NCBI GenBank assembly: GCA_013265495.1
Contig: MU058781.1
Location: 2,892,158 to 2,956,157 of the forward strand
Direction of reading: 5' to 3'
DNA: 64,000 bases
Source of the DNA: Vicugna vicugna
Taxonomy: Eukaryota
The notes beneath the pieces are model-generated. The model was given only the letters and a program-made list of their open reading frames with translations. It did no database searches and was not told the origin of the DNA. Shown here piece after piece: positions 48,531-62,970 of this stretch. The stretch's first letter is position 1; every line of letters begins with the position of its first letter. The position numbers were made by a program, and so were the translations under genes.

Positions 48531-50936
48531 TGGTCACTATAATTCCACTGGTGTGACACCAGTTCACTTAGGGGAAATTTAAGGCAAATAATTTAACATG
48601 ATCTCCTCTTCTGCATTTGTATTTATCTTTCCAAATGGTAAAATAAGACTACTCAATAGAGAATTTTTAAAGACTGTCATTGAAAGATGCTATATAATAA
48701 AAAAAATTGCAACCATATATTACTTTAAAAGGCTCACTTGATCCTAACAAAATATCTGTAATATAAAAAGTTTTATGAAAACCACGAAAAAGGAACAATA
48801 GGGTATTATTGCCCGGGTTTCACAAATGAAGAAACCAAGGCCCTGAGAAATTGTCATTCAGCTAAGTTCGAGTTCTTCTGATTTCTTCTCCAGAGAACTT
48901 TCTACCATAAACACTGCCTCTCTGACCACATTAAGCTTCATGAATGGAACTTTCATAATAAGACTGATGCTTTTATATAGGAAGTCTCTTAACAGCTAAT
49001 AAACCCTTCATCTAGAGAATATAGTTTGCTATTATAAGACACAATATATCACCAGGTTCCTCTTTCCTTAAATCCTATTTCCCCATCCTAAAAGTTAGAA
49101 AGAATTTTTAATCTACTACTTTTGTTGTTCCCTATGTACTAAAGCTATAATGTGAAGGTTGACTGAAATGCAAAAGCTGTTTTAAGTTTTAACATCTTTC
49201 CAGAAAACACCACTTCTTATACTAATGCTAAAGGGTGTGAGATAAATAGATTGGAGATCAGTTTTTTTTTCCTTCTTTTCAACTGTCTCTACTTGCTATT
49301 CAAGAACATTTTGTAAGGCAGCAAGTTATGCTAGAAGAGAAAGTTTATAACAATTTGTATTTCCTCTGTTGTGGGGCAAAGAAAACCTGAAATGTCGGTT
49401 TTATAGTCTTCTGTACTCTCAAGGGGATTTAAGTATGCACAGCTTTGGCTGAGATAGGAAAGGAACAGCTCAGAGGTGGGGACTGCTGCTTAAAATGTTC
49501 CTTTGTTTAATTTTTTTCCTGTTATTGTATATGAAACTTTGAAACCATCCTGACTTTCCACTCCAAAGGCACACGGCCAGTACAGGTGCCAACTGTGGCG
49601 ACTGCCTGGATGAGGAGTATTTCTGATTACTGATTTTAAGGGCTCAGAGTGAAAGCAGAGGGGGTTTTCATGAAGATTTCATTATGAGATTAAGCTATTT
49701 GCTGTGTTAGGGTAAGCTGTAACCCTTTGTCCCCTCTGAGTGAAAGGTATTCTGTAAGAAAATTCAACAAGGGAGAATTTTCAAGTTCAGTACAAACAAG
49801 CACAAAGCAATGTCTCAGTAGACCAAGAATTCAGTGGAAACACAAAGCCTGTGGATTCGAAACTCAGTCTGTGTTGAATTGCTTTGTAAGCTGGCAAATG
49901 TGTCTTTAAAATCCCTCTGCCTCCATTTCTTCATCTATTGAGTTGGACATGCCATGGTGATAGGTATTATGGAAATACATAGGTATCATCATTTCTTGAC
50001 AAATAAAGGCTTTGTTTAGCCATTAGGGCTCTCTTTTGTGTAGAACAGGGTGCGAATCAGAATCCTGGGTCTCAATCCAAATTGTTGAAGATACTCTGAA
50101 GATGTTCTAGAAAAAGTACTTTCTTTGGCTTTTGATACATTACTCAACTGCTGCTCAGAACCAGTGGTATCTTTTTAATGACAGGGTTGGAAAGACCTGT
50201 TTCATTTTTCTTTTTGATAAATTACTCTAAAGTGATGAACTTATAAATCTGCTGGCCTGGCCATTTCTACTATGTTGAACAGCAAATCCCACCATTAACT
50301 TGCTAGATTCATCTCCCATTCTCTCCCCAAATCACCTTCCCTCCCAACACACCGACATACACACAATACCTCCTCACACTGGTCATTTGCCTGACCTATA
50401 CAGTATCATTTCTGCTGCCACATACATGTAACCCCTAAACTTTTCTCTTATTATGACATTGAAGCCTGTTACTTAAATGGAAACGACGGCCAAACATACT
50501 TCTTTGTTGCTAATGGTATCTGATTGGTGTTAAAAGTGTGGGCACTGGGTTTGATTCCCAGCTCTGTCACTCACTAGCCATGTGATATCTCTCATTCTCA
50601 ATTTCATCTTCTGTAAATTGGTAACAGTTCGGACCTCATAGAGTCACTATAAAGTGTTGCAACATGCTTAAAATATTGCCTGATACATAATAAGCACACA
50701 ATAAACGGGTGGTTATAACTGGCTGGTCAGTCTCTAGCTAGAGCCAAGAGAATGACACAGAGGAAAGTAAACCATGACGGTGAAAAAAGACAGAGCAAAT
50801 CATATATTTGCACTGACCATTTGTGAGTGTTTAATTTTTATCCTGCTCCTGCTGATAGTAAATTTTAAGGGCTTGCAAGAGCTGCCTTATCCTGTAGACA
50901 AAGACCACTCCAATCTCTCTGTTGCTAATGGCTGGA

Positions 50937-50950
50937 GTGACCTCTAGTGG
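50937..50950 (-). promoter_or_regulatory. CTCF-like motif
   Basis: - strand CCACTAGAGGTCAC, one mismatch to the CTCF core CCASYAGRKGGCRS. Confidence 0.45.
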
Positions 50951-53095
50951 TACTGGTTTTCATACTAGGAAAAAAAACACCCAAATTCAAGGTCACTGCT
51001 AGCATCATCTTACTATTTTGCCTATAAACCCAAAATTCAGAAGTTGATTGAATGAAAACAAATGTATAGTTTAATTAAATTGACTGATTTATTAATGGAA
51101 ACTTTACCTCCACAGATAGTTTCAATAATCCTTTCTGAAAACCACCACAACCTCACTTCTGTTTGGGTTTCTGTCCATTACTACATGAGCCATGGGGGGG
51201 GTGTCATTCATTTATATTCAATTAAAATGTGTTGGATGTCAGACACTGTGCTAGATAGAAAGAGACACAGTAAGATGAAAAATGGCCAGGTCCTTAACTT
51301 CAAGGAGCCCCTTATTTGGGGGGGAGTTTGAGAAGGAAGGAATATACTAAAAATATACATAAAAAAATTAAATAAAATCGATGTCAGTACAAAAAATTAC
51401 CACCACTTGATGCTTTCTGGCTTTGTAGATAATCTTTCCTTTTCTGACAGTAGAAGAAACAGACCCTCTTACAATAAAGCAGAATAAAGCATGTGTATCC
51501 ACTGAGATACGAGAGAATTCTCTCTTATGGGCTGGAAGGTATTGGCTGAGAGTAGAGCCAAGTATCAAAAGAAGAAAGTTCTCTCCTATGGTTAAAGCAA
51601 AATTTGAACTTCAAAAGTCATCTAAAGAAGTCATTTAAAATTTGTTTTGTTTGTTCAGCAACCGTATCTCAGTTATTTTCTGGGTAATCCTTTCAAATAA
51701 ACTTACTCCTTTCTAGAAAGCATGGCATTAAATAGGCAAGTCAAAATGATAATTTTATACCTTTATATAACTTTTCACATAACTAATTAGTTATATGAAA
51801 ATTATTCATCAGATCCTATTTTATCTTGTAGAAAATTGGCAATGAATGTCTAGGCTAAAGAAGTAAGATCCCCAAAGAGAATGTCAGTGCGCTGATAAAA
51901 CACCTATACTTTGATTATTTTTCTTTGATGACTATAGGAAGCTGAAGAATATTTTTAGTTACCCATGCAAAGTACAGTTGTCTCTTGTTTCTCCACTTGC
52001 TCTTCACAAAGATCTTTAATGATGTGTAGTTGACAAACTAATGGCCTTACCACGAAGAGCTATTTGGACTTGGCAGAATTTAGAAATTCCTCAAGCCTAA
52101 TTCAGTCTAAAAGCCTCAAAATGAATTCACAAAACTTCAGATTTTCTTTTATAACTTTATTTGGTAATAGTATGCATAGAATTCACTCCAAATATAATGT
52201 CACTGGAATTTTCCTGAAACACTGGGTTCCATCATTGGGAATTCTGTTCTATTTCTTTTTACGGTTTATATTTAGCATAATTTATGCCCATTCTTATGTC
52301 CCGGGAGTACAGAATGGACCACTAGAAGCCAATTAGGGGCATATAAAATAGGATGGAACAATTTATAAAGAAATATTACAAGAAAGCTTTAGAGGGGAAA
52401 GAACAAGTTGAAAATTATGTTATCTGCTTCTGTAGAGTCTTTTGATTTCTCACTGTCAAACTTTATTGATTCAATTTTTATTTGTTTTACATTTAAAACT
52501 ATATTGATAATCTAATAATCTTTCATAGACAATTAATATTCTTAGCCAACACTGAGTGGCGATTTGTACACAGTTAAACAGCTTATACTTTTTAAAACAT
52601 TTGTACTAAGCATTGGGCTGATATATATACATATATGGAATATATATATATATTTCTATATTGCTATTAATTATTTGAATTTAAATATTACCACTTAAAA
52701 GAACTACGAGCACAGATCTAAAATAAATAAGAGATTAGTTGGCAACACAGATTTAAAATTAACCTTTCATGAAGCTATGATAGAAGCCATGATATTTGAA
52801 TATCTTTGACTCCAGAGAAATAATAAAACAGGATGTGGTCTTCATTAGGATTAGGGTCTATTAGGTGTATAAATCTGCTCTATGAAGTTTAAAGGTAAGA
52901 AGACATAACATCACGAAGCTTCAGAAATACCGGGAGGTACAATACTTATAGTTATGCCTTGGAAACTTTGCAACCAAGTGTGTTCTTTCATACCATTCAG
53001 TTTTATCCACGTTCATTTGCATCATATCCCTCTGAGAATCATGAAAAGGTTTGAGTTTCTTTGTCCTTTGGCTGATTGTTTATCTCAGCAGTTTG

Positions 53096-53109
53096 CTGCC
53101 ACCTAGTGC
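53096..53109 (-). promoter_or_regulatory. CTCF-like motif
   Basis: - strand GCACTAGGTGGCAG, one mismatch to the CTCF core. Confidence 0.5.
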
Positions 53110-56100
53110 CCAGGACAGACTGTCACCTATTAAATTACGTCTGGTGACTGAAGGACAAACTGGACACTATTTACCAGGGAGCACATAATGCCAAAGCAAG
53201 CATGCAGGGGTGGCGTGATAATTATTGTTGCCATGTTGATCCAATCACATAAGATCCATCACATAAGATTCAACTCTCATTAATACATGTCTCACAATAG
53301 GAATTGGCAAGGGTAGGTGGACAGTTCTAGTCTCAATTACACTGGAAAACCACCTTACACATTTTCAGTCACCCAAGTCTCAAAGTGCATGAAGTCAATT
53401 ACGAGAATCCTCATAGCTCCAGCCCTACCATATGAGTGTAATTATTACAATTACAAAAATTTTGGTAGAATTTTGGAGGGATTTGCATTTCATTGGGTTT
53501 TCCATTTTTAGAGGTCCTTTTGGATACAAGGACCTAGTACAAGGGAAATTTCTCCTTATTTTGTCTACAAAATCTTAGACTTCTTTGACTTAAGTCTTCC
53601 ATTTACATCCAGCTATGACTGGATTCGGTATTACTTATGAAAGTCTAGTTGTTATTAGGATATGACAAACAGCGTTTGACATCTACTTTCTTTCTGAGCC
53701 TGATCCACTTATAGCTGTTCTCAAGAATAGATTTCATTTTGGGAAGAGAACACAGTGCTCTTACGTAAAGTCTGATTGATGGGAGTTAAGGTGGGCAGAA
53801 GTTATCAAAATCTGAAGATGAAGTGTTTGAAGGGGAAGGAATATATTATCAGTAAAGAAGTAGGAGGGTAGAATTGCCTGCTCTGACTGAATAATGGGTT
53901 GGAAGCACCAGCCTCCACTGTAAATTCAAGAACTGAGCCCAGTGTCCATGAGAACTTGCCATGCTGACCTTTTCAGCATACACAAAAGCCACGTGTCAGA
54001 AGAAGTCCTCTTCAGCAATCAATCTAGTCCCAAGCAAACATTTGTTTGTCATCTCCCTGTGGATCACACGAGACTTAAATATTAGAACTCACAGAAGAAG
54101 GACCTCAGCAACTCAGAGCCAAAAATGAGTTAAGGCAATGAGAAAGACAAAGAAAAAATTCAGCCTCACTGTTACGGTTACTCCAGCATCTCTCTCCCTT
54201 CTCATCTGTCCCCTTCCCCCCTCCTGATCCTCTCACAGTTCTAACACCCATGGTTGGTCTCCCTCATACACAGATACAAGTACTCACAGATTTACCTCTC
54301 CTCTTTCTTTTCTGCAAGAAATATATGTCACAGAATCACTCTCCTGGCATCAGAACAACCAATGAATTATTCAACACCTACAGCTGTAAAAGTTGATCCC
54401 TACTCTTTAAATTTCCCAATTGACAGCCCATCTTCCTCATCTATTTCTACATGGATATAGACTTAAAATGCTGGAGCATAACACAGAGGATCTGTGAACA
54501 GAGCAAATGTAAAATTTATCTTTACTTTTATAATTGTGAATAATTTTAGTTAAACAGTCTAATTTACCAAGTTTCACTTCTAGCAAAGGTAAGCCTCCTC
54601 CATGTTGATCATTCAGTAGTTGGCTACCAGAAGGAAGACTGGATTTTGGATGAAGAATTTATTCTGACCATACTGGCTCTTTTGTGTCCCTATGCATCTG
54701 AGGACATTCTTAATGAAGACAGCTCACTATCTGTGATATTAATGAAAAAATATTTAGACGATGAATAATAATGCAAATTGCACACATGTAGGGGGATATA
54801 CATATACATTACAGAGGTGCTAAGGCCAGGAACAAGAATCTTGATTTAAATATTAAGCAAAGAGAAAGTGCTTTTGTGAGAGAGTCACCCTGAAGTATAT
54901 TTCCCTGGTGCAGAACTTGAGTTACCAATTGCTGTATTCTTAATAAGCCTGATGATAATAAAATATCTATTTCTTGTTTAAGAAATATCTATTGACATCT
55001 GCAGTGTTACATAAAGAAGGCAGAGTCCTTTGGCACACTGTTTTATCAATATAACAGAACATATCCACCAGTTGTGATGATGATTCTATTGATGTGCCCT
55101 TGGTAGGATGTTAAGAACAATCCTTTCTGTAAAAGGTTGAAAAACAAAAACCTTGATCAGTGAAAGATTGCACATTCCAAGAATGTTAGCTAATTTCCTG
55201 CAATGGGTCATATTGAAAGGGCAGGTGGACAGTGTGTGCTGTTGTGCTTTATCTGTAAAAAAAAAAATTTAAATAAAAAAGAAACTAAAGCATCACCATA
55301 TCTTCTGGAAACCCGGTATAAAATTCTGAGTTAAATGATAACTTTGAGCAACTTTGAGGAGATCATCAATACGGTATGCTATTTTAAACAAGAAAAACTT
55401 TCTCTTTGTACCTCCAGCAAGCTTATATACTAATGAAACAGAATCAAAATAGCACAATGCAATTTCTAGCTCTATTCACTGAACTTCTTCATCTGTAGAC
55501 TGCCAGCCACAAATAATCAACTTGAGAAAATAAACCAAACTAGATTAATTTCTTGTTCCTTCCAACCATTTCTGTTTCTTTTAATCTTCTGTTCCCACTT
55601 GCTCAACCAAGGATAGCCTAAAAAAAGAAAATCCAGCAGTTTGCCCAATCTTTTCAATCCAAGGCTGCATAAATCAAACTAGAAGTGACCTTATTCTTTT
55701 TTTCACCAAAAAGGACTTAGTGACATCTAAACTTCCCCTTGGAGAAGAGACATAGGATTGGCCAGAAAGACAAATTATAAATCTACAGGTCAAAGTTTAC
55801 CGTAGAGAAACAACAGGAAATATCTCTGAAGGTGTTTACAGCTTGTCAAGCTAACATGAGACCACATAAGTGACTTACCTTGACAATAGCTTAAAGTCTG
55901 GAATTTCCTTCCACTGTAGTAAATTTTATGGTGCCCTTGAACCAGGGAAACAGCACAGTGAGCAGTGGGAAGGACACAGGCTTTCCTGATAGACAAACCA
56001 AAGTATGAATCCCCAAACATTCACTTACCAACTGGGTGGCTTTGGCAATTTCTTAATGAATCTAAATTTCTTACTTATAAAATGGGTATAAGAATCTATA

Positions 56101-56239
56101 CCTCACATTACTGTGTTATGTAGATGGTTATAGAAATAAGACAGTGGTTGAAAGGAAAACTTGACTTAGAGCAGAAATGTTCTGTGAGATGGAAATGCTC
56201 TGTATTTTGTTTTGGATGAACATAACAAGACTATAAACA

Positions 56240-57280
56240 ATGTCAAGATTCAGTGACTGAGGGGTTCCATTTCTGGTAATGGCCAAGTTGCTCCTACCAG
56301 ACCATTCCATGCACAGACAATAACTATAAACTCTGGATAAAATGTAGAAAGCAACAACCTGTAATCATTAGAGAGCAACTAAGTCAGCTGTGGCAAACCA
56401 GCTAAGTTTAAAGGAACTGAACTGAAATTTCAGCCGTCAATCAGTTTGCTGATTGGATCCAGTCAAGTTATCTACCTAACCCTAAAAATCAGTATTTTTG
56501 CAGAAATAATATACAGACTTCAAAGTGACAACAACATATCATTTGTTCAGATTATATCCAAAAGTACTCAATAAAGAAAGAGGAAAATATTATTCACACT
56601 CCAGAGAAAAGGCAATCAATGGTGACTGGCCCCAAGATGATCCAGATAATTGGAATTAGCAGGCAAGGAATTTAAAGCTGCTATTACAACTATGCTAAAG
56701 TATGTAATAAAATTCAGAATAAAAGAAAAGATAGGAAATATAGGAGAGAAATAGAAACTAGAAAAAAAGAACCAAATGGAAATTTTAGAACTGAAAAAAT
56801 AAATATCTGAAATTAAAAATTCAATGAATGAGCTTAACAGCAGATTGGAAACTACGGAAGAATCAGTTATTACCTCTAAGTCAAAGAAACAGAAAATTTC
56901 CAATCTGAACAGGAGAGAGAAAAATAGAATTGAAAGCAATGAATATGGCCTCAGGGACCTTTGGGGTAATATCAAGAGGTTCAATACAGAATTTTTGGAG
57001 TCCAGTAATAAGAGGAAAGAGAGAATGAGCCCCCCCCAAAAAATTATCTGAAGTAATGGCTGAAATTTCTCCATATTTGGTGAAACACAAAATCTGTAGA
57101 TCTAAGAATATAAGCCAATCTTGAGTCTAAGTGATAGAATATGGGTGTTCACTGTACATATATCTCAATTTTCCTCTGTTTAAAAATTTTCATAATAAAA
57201 TGTTGAAACAGTATTAAAAGTTCATCAAAATAAACACTTAGATCTGTATATGGCATTGTATGTTAATTATATCAATTTTA
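56240..57280 (+). mobile_element. Old L1M 5'UTR/ORF1 fragment followed by a 3'UTR piece
   Basis: ORF 56824-57051 (NELNSRLETTEE...LRDLWGNIKRFN) resembles the L1 ORF1p coiled-coil/RRM boundary. Confidence 0.9.
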
Positions 57281-59610
57281 AAGTAATCTAATTCTAGACC
57301 CTATGAGGTAGACATTCACGTTTCAAGTTTAACTGAAAGATACAATATTCCACAACCTGATGACTCCTGCTTATAGAGGTAAAGTGTGGCCCATGGAAAA
57401 GGGGGTGGATGATTTACGTTATCTGATGTAGCAGCTACTCCCAAATAATGTTAACTTGTTAGTCCTCCTGTCACTCAGTAAAAGTTCTTCATTGTGTTCA
57501 TCTCATGGATAAAATGCACATCTGATGAAAAGATTTTTTTAAAGGCAACGAAAGGAAAGATGAGAGAAAACACAGTGCTATGCACAAAAAGTTCCCACCC
57601 CACCCCTCTGTCTTGTGTTGGCAATCTTTGTTTTATCAGCAAGCATATATATATACACCAGTGAGCCCAATTTTTCAGCACTGTATTTGGGCAAATGATG
57701 ACACAACACTGTTCAGAAGGCTAGTGTCCTACTACTGTCATTAACTAGTTATGTGACTGTAAGTCACCCCTAAATTAACTCAGCACTCAGCTTCTTCCAC
57801 AACATGAGTAGTTTAAGTAAAGAATGGCTCCCTCAAACCTCTTTTGTGTTTAATATTTGCTATCATTACTGGGCTCTTTTGAAAAGGATAGTAATTCTGT
57901 ATTGCTGGGAATTCTCTTGTGATGCAAGGTGAATCAAGTTTGTCTGAGATGATCTCTTTGGCCAAAGTCTAGGACCAAGACTCAGTTGTACCCATATGAA
58001 CCTAGCAGATCTGAACATTTTCAAGTAAGCACCACAAACTCTTTAACAACTGTTCTTTTTTAAAAAAGAGAACTGACATTAGCACCCAGGTGGGTTTTAA
58101 AAGATACGAAAATCCTCAAAGAAAAGGTAATGTGCTGTGATTAAGTTCGCACAGAACTGACATCATGTAGGGGAAAAGGGAAAAACCACCTACAATAAGA
58201 TGTTATGCCTGTCCCTGTTTTCAGTTTCCTCCCACACATCTACTGCTTCTGTGGAAACTTGTTATTGCTAAAGTGCTTTTTTATCATAAAAAGAGCTACA
58301 GTTCTAAAAGAGACTATTGGCACCCAAATTCAGCTTTGGTGTTAGAGGCAATTAAATTGTGTTTGGCAATTTCTTTCCTGGGCATTTAATATTATTACTG
58401 TTGTCAATGTGCCCAGGAGAGCAGTGCTTTCTATTAATCACAGAGTAACAAATAGAACACTGATTTTTGAGTATTTCTTTTTGAAGACCAAGAGCTAGAT
58501 TATATCAAGTTATAATGGTAGAAATAAAAGCAAAGATCCAGATACTAGTAAAAAGAGATACATGTTCAGTTGCTAATCAAAACATACAAGTAACTATAAA
58601 AAGCTTTCATTTCCTAGTTCAATGCGCTATAAATCCAGAAAGTTGTTTTCAGAGTAAGTCCAAAATATAACCTAAATCTCCATTTTAAAAATATAAAATC
58701 TAGTTTAGATTAATCTTCTGATGAAGTATAGATGAGCTGATGATTAGTTAATCTTTTAGAAATTAACTATCAGCATGGCTCTGATCTACACAGTATTTCC
58801 TTTCTTTCTAGCTCTCCATAGGAATAAATGATACCAAAATATCTATTTTTTAAAAAATACTAAAATATATTTAGTTTATAATTAATACACTGGGCAGACT
58901 TTTTCTGAAGTTTCTGTCTGAGCACCCAGCATCTGATTTATGCCCCCCCCTTTAAGGAGAAAATTCTGTCAGTTCATAAATGTAATTCAGAAATCATTTT
59001 ATGCTAGGCCTAAAAAAGACAGTGGTTTCCAAACTGCTCCTAGAAGCTCTCTGAATTCTAAAGAAATGCATCAAGGGCCAGGCCCAATTTAAGCAAATGG
59101 TCCAACTCATTCTGTGTCTTAAAAAAAATAAAAATTGATGGAAAGCATGGGTTTAATCCAATTCTCTCATTTTAAAGTTAAGAAAATTAAAGCCTTAAAA
59201 CATGCAGTCACTTTGTATAAGGTAGTTCAGCAGAAGGACTTGAAAAAGTGGCAATGATTAGACTAATAAAGATGAGATACAGAGCGAGAAAAACAGAGAG
59301 AGATAGGGAAGGAGGGGGTCGGGGGCAGAAATAGAAAGAGACAGAACTGGAAACAGTATCCCACTCTGTACACTATTTTTCTCAGTGACTTTGAGTTAAT
59401 TTCACTCCCATGAAGTATCTCATGTCTATTTTGTCCTTCGCAAGTTTTTTCCCCATCAGTTAGTTTAGGTCTCATTTGCTCACACTGGGACTAGACCCCC
59501 ATCCAGTGTCTCCTTCCCTTAATCCTTCTACCCCTTGCTACCCGACTTCCAATTGACCTTGTTACGGCCCTGATGAGAGACCTCCCTCCAATGGCTCCCC
59601 ACTGTCATCT

Positions 59611-59805
59611 GCAGTGCTTCCCAGGGTGCAGTCCCTGGGCCAGCAGCTCAACGTTACCTGAGAATTTGTTAGAAATGCAATTTCTCAGGACCACCCCCCC
59701 ACCCCCCGACCTACTGAATCCAACACTCAGAGGTAGGGCCCAGGAATTTGAGTTTTGACAAGCCCTGCAGGGGACTCTGATGCACCCTAATGTTTGAGAA
59801 CCTTG
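59611..59805. mobile_element. MER5A MITE
   Basis: gttagaaatgcaatttctcagg...gacctactgaatc...tctgatgcaccctaatgtttgagaacc. Confidence 0.85.
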
Positions 59806-59809
59806 GTCT

Positions 59810-60420
59810 ACAAAATAAACTCCAAACTCTTTGTACAAGTATTCAAGGTTTGGCATCATTCCTTCACAACCTTCCTTCCCATTTTTATCTCCCATTGCTT
59901 CCTAAAGTATAACCCATGTTCCACAAAAACTCCACCATTCCTTTCACCCAAAAGATGACCAAAGTTTTTCTACTTCCAGGCCTTTCCTCACTCTGCTGCA
60001 CTAGCTAGAAGACTCTTTGGCTCCCTTTCATCTTTTTCTTTGAAAATTCACCCATTTTTCAAAGGCAACCTCACCTGCTCTTCCAAGGATAGCTCACACA
60101 ATGTTCACATGGTGATATAACTTCTCCTTATTCTAAATGCCTACAGTACTTTCACCCACTCTCTTTGGTTCACTATATCCTCACTGAATTATAATTTTTT
60201 GCATATGTCTTAACATGGCTACTAGGTGCTTTGAGCCTTCAAGGTCAAAGATTGTGTTTTACCCTTTTGTCCCTCACAGTGCCTTGCACATACTCAGTAA
60301 ATACTTGGTAACTAAAAGAATGAACACTTCTTAAGGCAAGAACCATGTCCTCCTTGGCATCAAGCACGAGATACTGCACCTAATAGGTGTTTGATACGCT
60401 TCTCAATTGAATGAAAACTG
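59810..60420 (+). mobile_element. L2 3' fragments
   Basis: aaactccaaactctt...cagtgccttgcacatactcagtaaatacttg...gaatgaa. Confidence 0.65.
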
Positions 60421-60975
60421 AAGAACAGCCCTTTGCTTCAAAGGTCTGGTTCTGACTTGTGATAATGCTCTGAACAGTGCCCTCTCTACATCTGTATGTT
60501 ACGGGCAAAGTACTAACAACTGAGAAGCTAAAAGACCTAAATTCTAGACCAGCTATTAGCTAGTATGTGACTTTACCTCCGTCACTTGTCTTATCTGGGT
60601 TTCAATTTCCATATTTTTAAAGTGAGATTTTTTAGACAAGATGTTTCTCAAAGCTATCAAACTCTTTAAAAATCTGTAATTTTATAAGTTAGCATAGTGC
60701 AATGAAAAGAACATCTAATCAACAGATACTGAGAACAAGTATATTTGTCAAACATTTTGCTGGGCACTAGAAATGAACTCCAGTAGAGGATTCAGCTCTG
60801 TCATTGACAAGCTTCTTAACTGATTTGGGACTTCAGTTTTTCATTTACACAAGCAGGAGATTTTACTATGTGACTTTTACCGTGAAAAAGCATCTCTTCT
60901 TTCCTACTTTGTCTTACTGTATTCACACTGCCTTATATTGTAGCCATTACTGCAGTCTTGTCTAAAAGTCTCTTA

Positions 60976-61260
60976 GAATGATAAATGCTATACGTGAAAC
61001 CTAAAAAATAAAACACATAAATGTACATAGTAAAAGAGAAACAGACCTGCAGATATAGGAAAAAAACAAACGAACTAGTGTTTACCAGAGGGGTTGAGGA
61101 GATGGGATGCGCAAGAGATATAAACTACAGTGTATGAAATAGGTGAGCAGCAAGAATATATTGTACAGCACAGGGAATTATAGTCATTATCTTGCAATAA
61201 CTTTTAACAGAGTATTGAAACTAATATATTGTAAATCAACTATATTTCAATTAAAAAAAA
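60976..61260 (+). mobile_element. L1 3' end (cetartiodactyl type)
   Basis: tattgtacagcacagggaattatagtcattatcttgcaataac...tgtaaatcaactatatttcaattaaaaaaaa; possible TSD aagtctctta at 60966 and 61267. Confidence 0.85.
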
Positions 61261-62279
61261 CTTCTTAAGTCTCTTAAAGAGACAGACCATTGCTCATCTT
61301 TACAGACCGTATTATATCTTATATACATATAAAGTGTCTAATAAATGCCTCTGAGTTTAATTGGAATGAGCATATGTTTCCTTTCAACTCATTGTAAGAT
61401 TCAATAATTCAATGAAAACATGACTCTATAGTTTTCTTTCAGAATTTTTAAACCTGTAAGTCTGAGATTCTATAGTTTCACTGAAAAATCTTTAGGTCTA
61501 AAAAGATATGGTAGTCCTGTATTTTACCTGGAGTATTTCAAGCTATATTTTGTCACGGCAGAATCAACTGGTAGTCGCAAGTTAAAAAATCATGACAACT
61601 CTAGTAACACAAGGCAAAGAAAAAGAAACTAAGGATACAATCTTGGAAATAAAAAGGCAGACAGGCTGAACCACCCAGAAGTCTGTGTCAAGAATAATTG
61701 CCACAGGACACTCTCAAATCTTATAATGTCCTTTTCTGGGGATAACAATGTGGTAAGATACATATCACATTGACTGTGTTGAAATTTACTGTGCATGAGA
61801 GATGTTCCTTGGTAGAGAAGTTCTGTTTCTCAGATTATATCTGGAGAAGGAAATGCATCATTCTGTTATATGAATGCTCTAGTGAGATTCTTTGCAATCA
61901 GCTTCTGGGGAAAGAATTCTGCCATCCTCTAGAATTACATAAGAGGGAAGAGACCCTTTCAAATCCTGGGGTGAGAAGAGTGAGTCAGAGTGGGCATGAA
62001 GTCTCCCAAATACTCTCTCACCAAAATACAGGTGTTGTCCCTCCTTGTTTTTAAAATATCCCCACTTCTTTCCCTAGACCATAGACTTAAAACCAAGGTG
62101 ATGACATAAAAGGAAGGAAAAAATTATCACTTGGGAAATTGATTACTAGGTGATCGTATGCTCATTCTTAGTGAGACAATTTTGACTTTAAGGTTGTGAT
62201 GGGCTATGGTCAAAAGTGCCCTAATGGACATGAATGGAAAATTCCTTGGGTTAAACAAATGTCTTTTAGTAGTCTTTTC

Positions 62280-62970
62280 TATTTATTCTATTGGTTTTTT
62301 AAATATACTTATTTGTAATATTTTCTAGTGATTCCTCAAAGGATTTCAATATACTTCTTCAACTTACCACAATCCATTCTGAATACTATACCACTTGACA
62401 TATAGTGCAAGAACCTGAAAATAATGTAATTCTATTTATACTCCCTCTTTCCCTTTGTCCTATTGGTACCTATTTTATTTCTAAATATGTTTTAAATTCC
62501 ACTGTGCATTGTTACTATTTTTGCTTTTAATAGTCAATAAACTTGATTAATTTAGGAAATTAATTTTTTCTACTTACATACTTATCAAGTGTTCATTATT
62601 CTTTCCTCTAGATTTTATGTTCTATCTGATATCAAGTCAGAAGCTTCCCTTAACATTTCTTATAGTGTGGGTCTTGTGGTAACAAATTATCTCAATTTTG
62701 TTTTATCTAAAAATGTCTTTATTTGCCTTTATTTTCAAAAACATTTACTGAATATAGGATTCTAGGATAATTCTTGTTTTTGTTTCAGAATTTAAAAATT
62801 CCATTGTCTTCTGGCTCCCTTCTGATGAGAAGCTACTGTTCATTTAAATCATTGTTCACTTTATGTACTTGTCTATTATTCTTTGGCTTATTTTAAATTT
62901 TTATATATATCTTTGATTTTCAGGAGTTTGATGACAATGTAGGGGTTGTTTTCTTTGCGTTTATCCCGAT
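62280..62970 (-). mobile_element. Old L1M fragment (ORF1 region)
   Basis: aaaatgtctttatttgccttta...ttccattgtcttctggct...tctgatgagaag. Confidence 0.8.

Noticed and set aside
18863..55357. Scattered 10-17 bp tandem doublets (near 18865, 23012, 41483, 53244, 55340)
   Set aside because: Ordinary slippage duplications with no shared unit.
56616..57090. 152-aa hydrophobic - strand ORF
   Set aside because: Antisense frame of an L1 ORF1 remnant.
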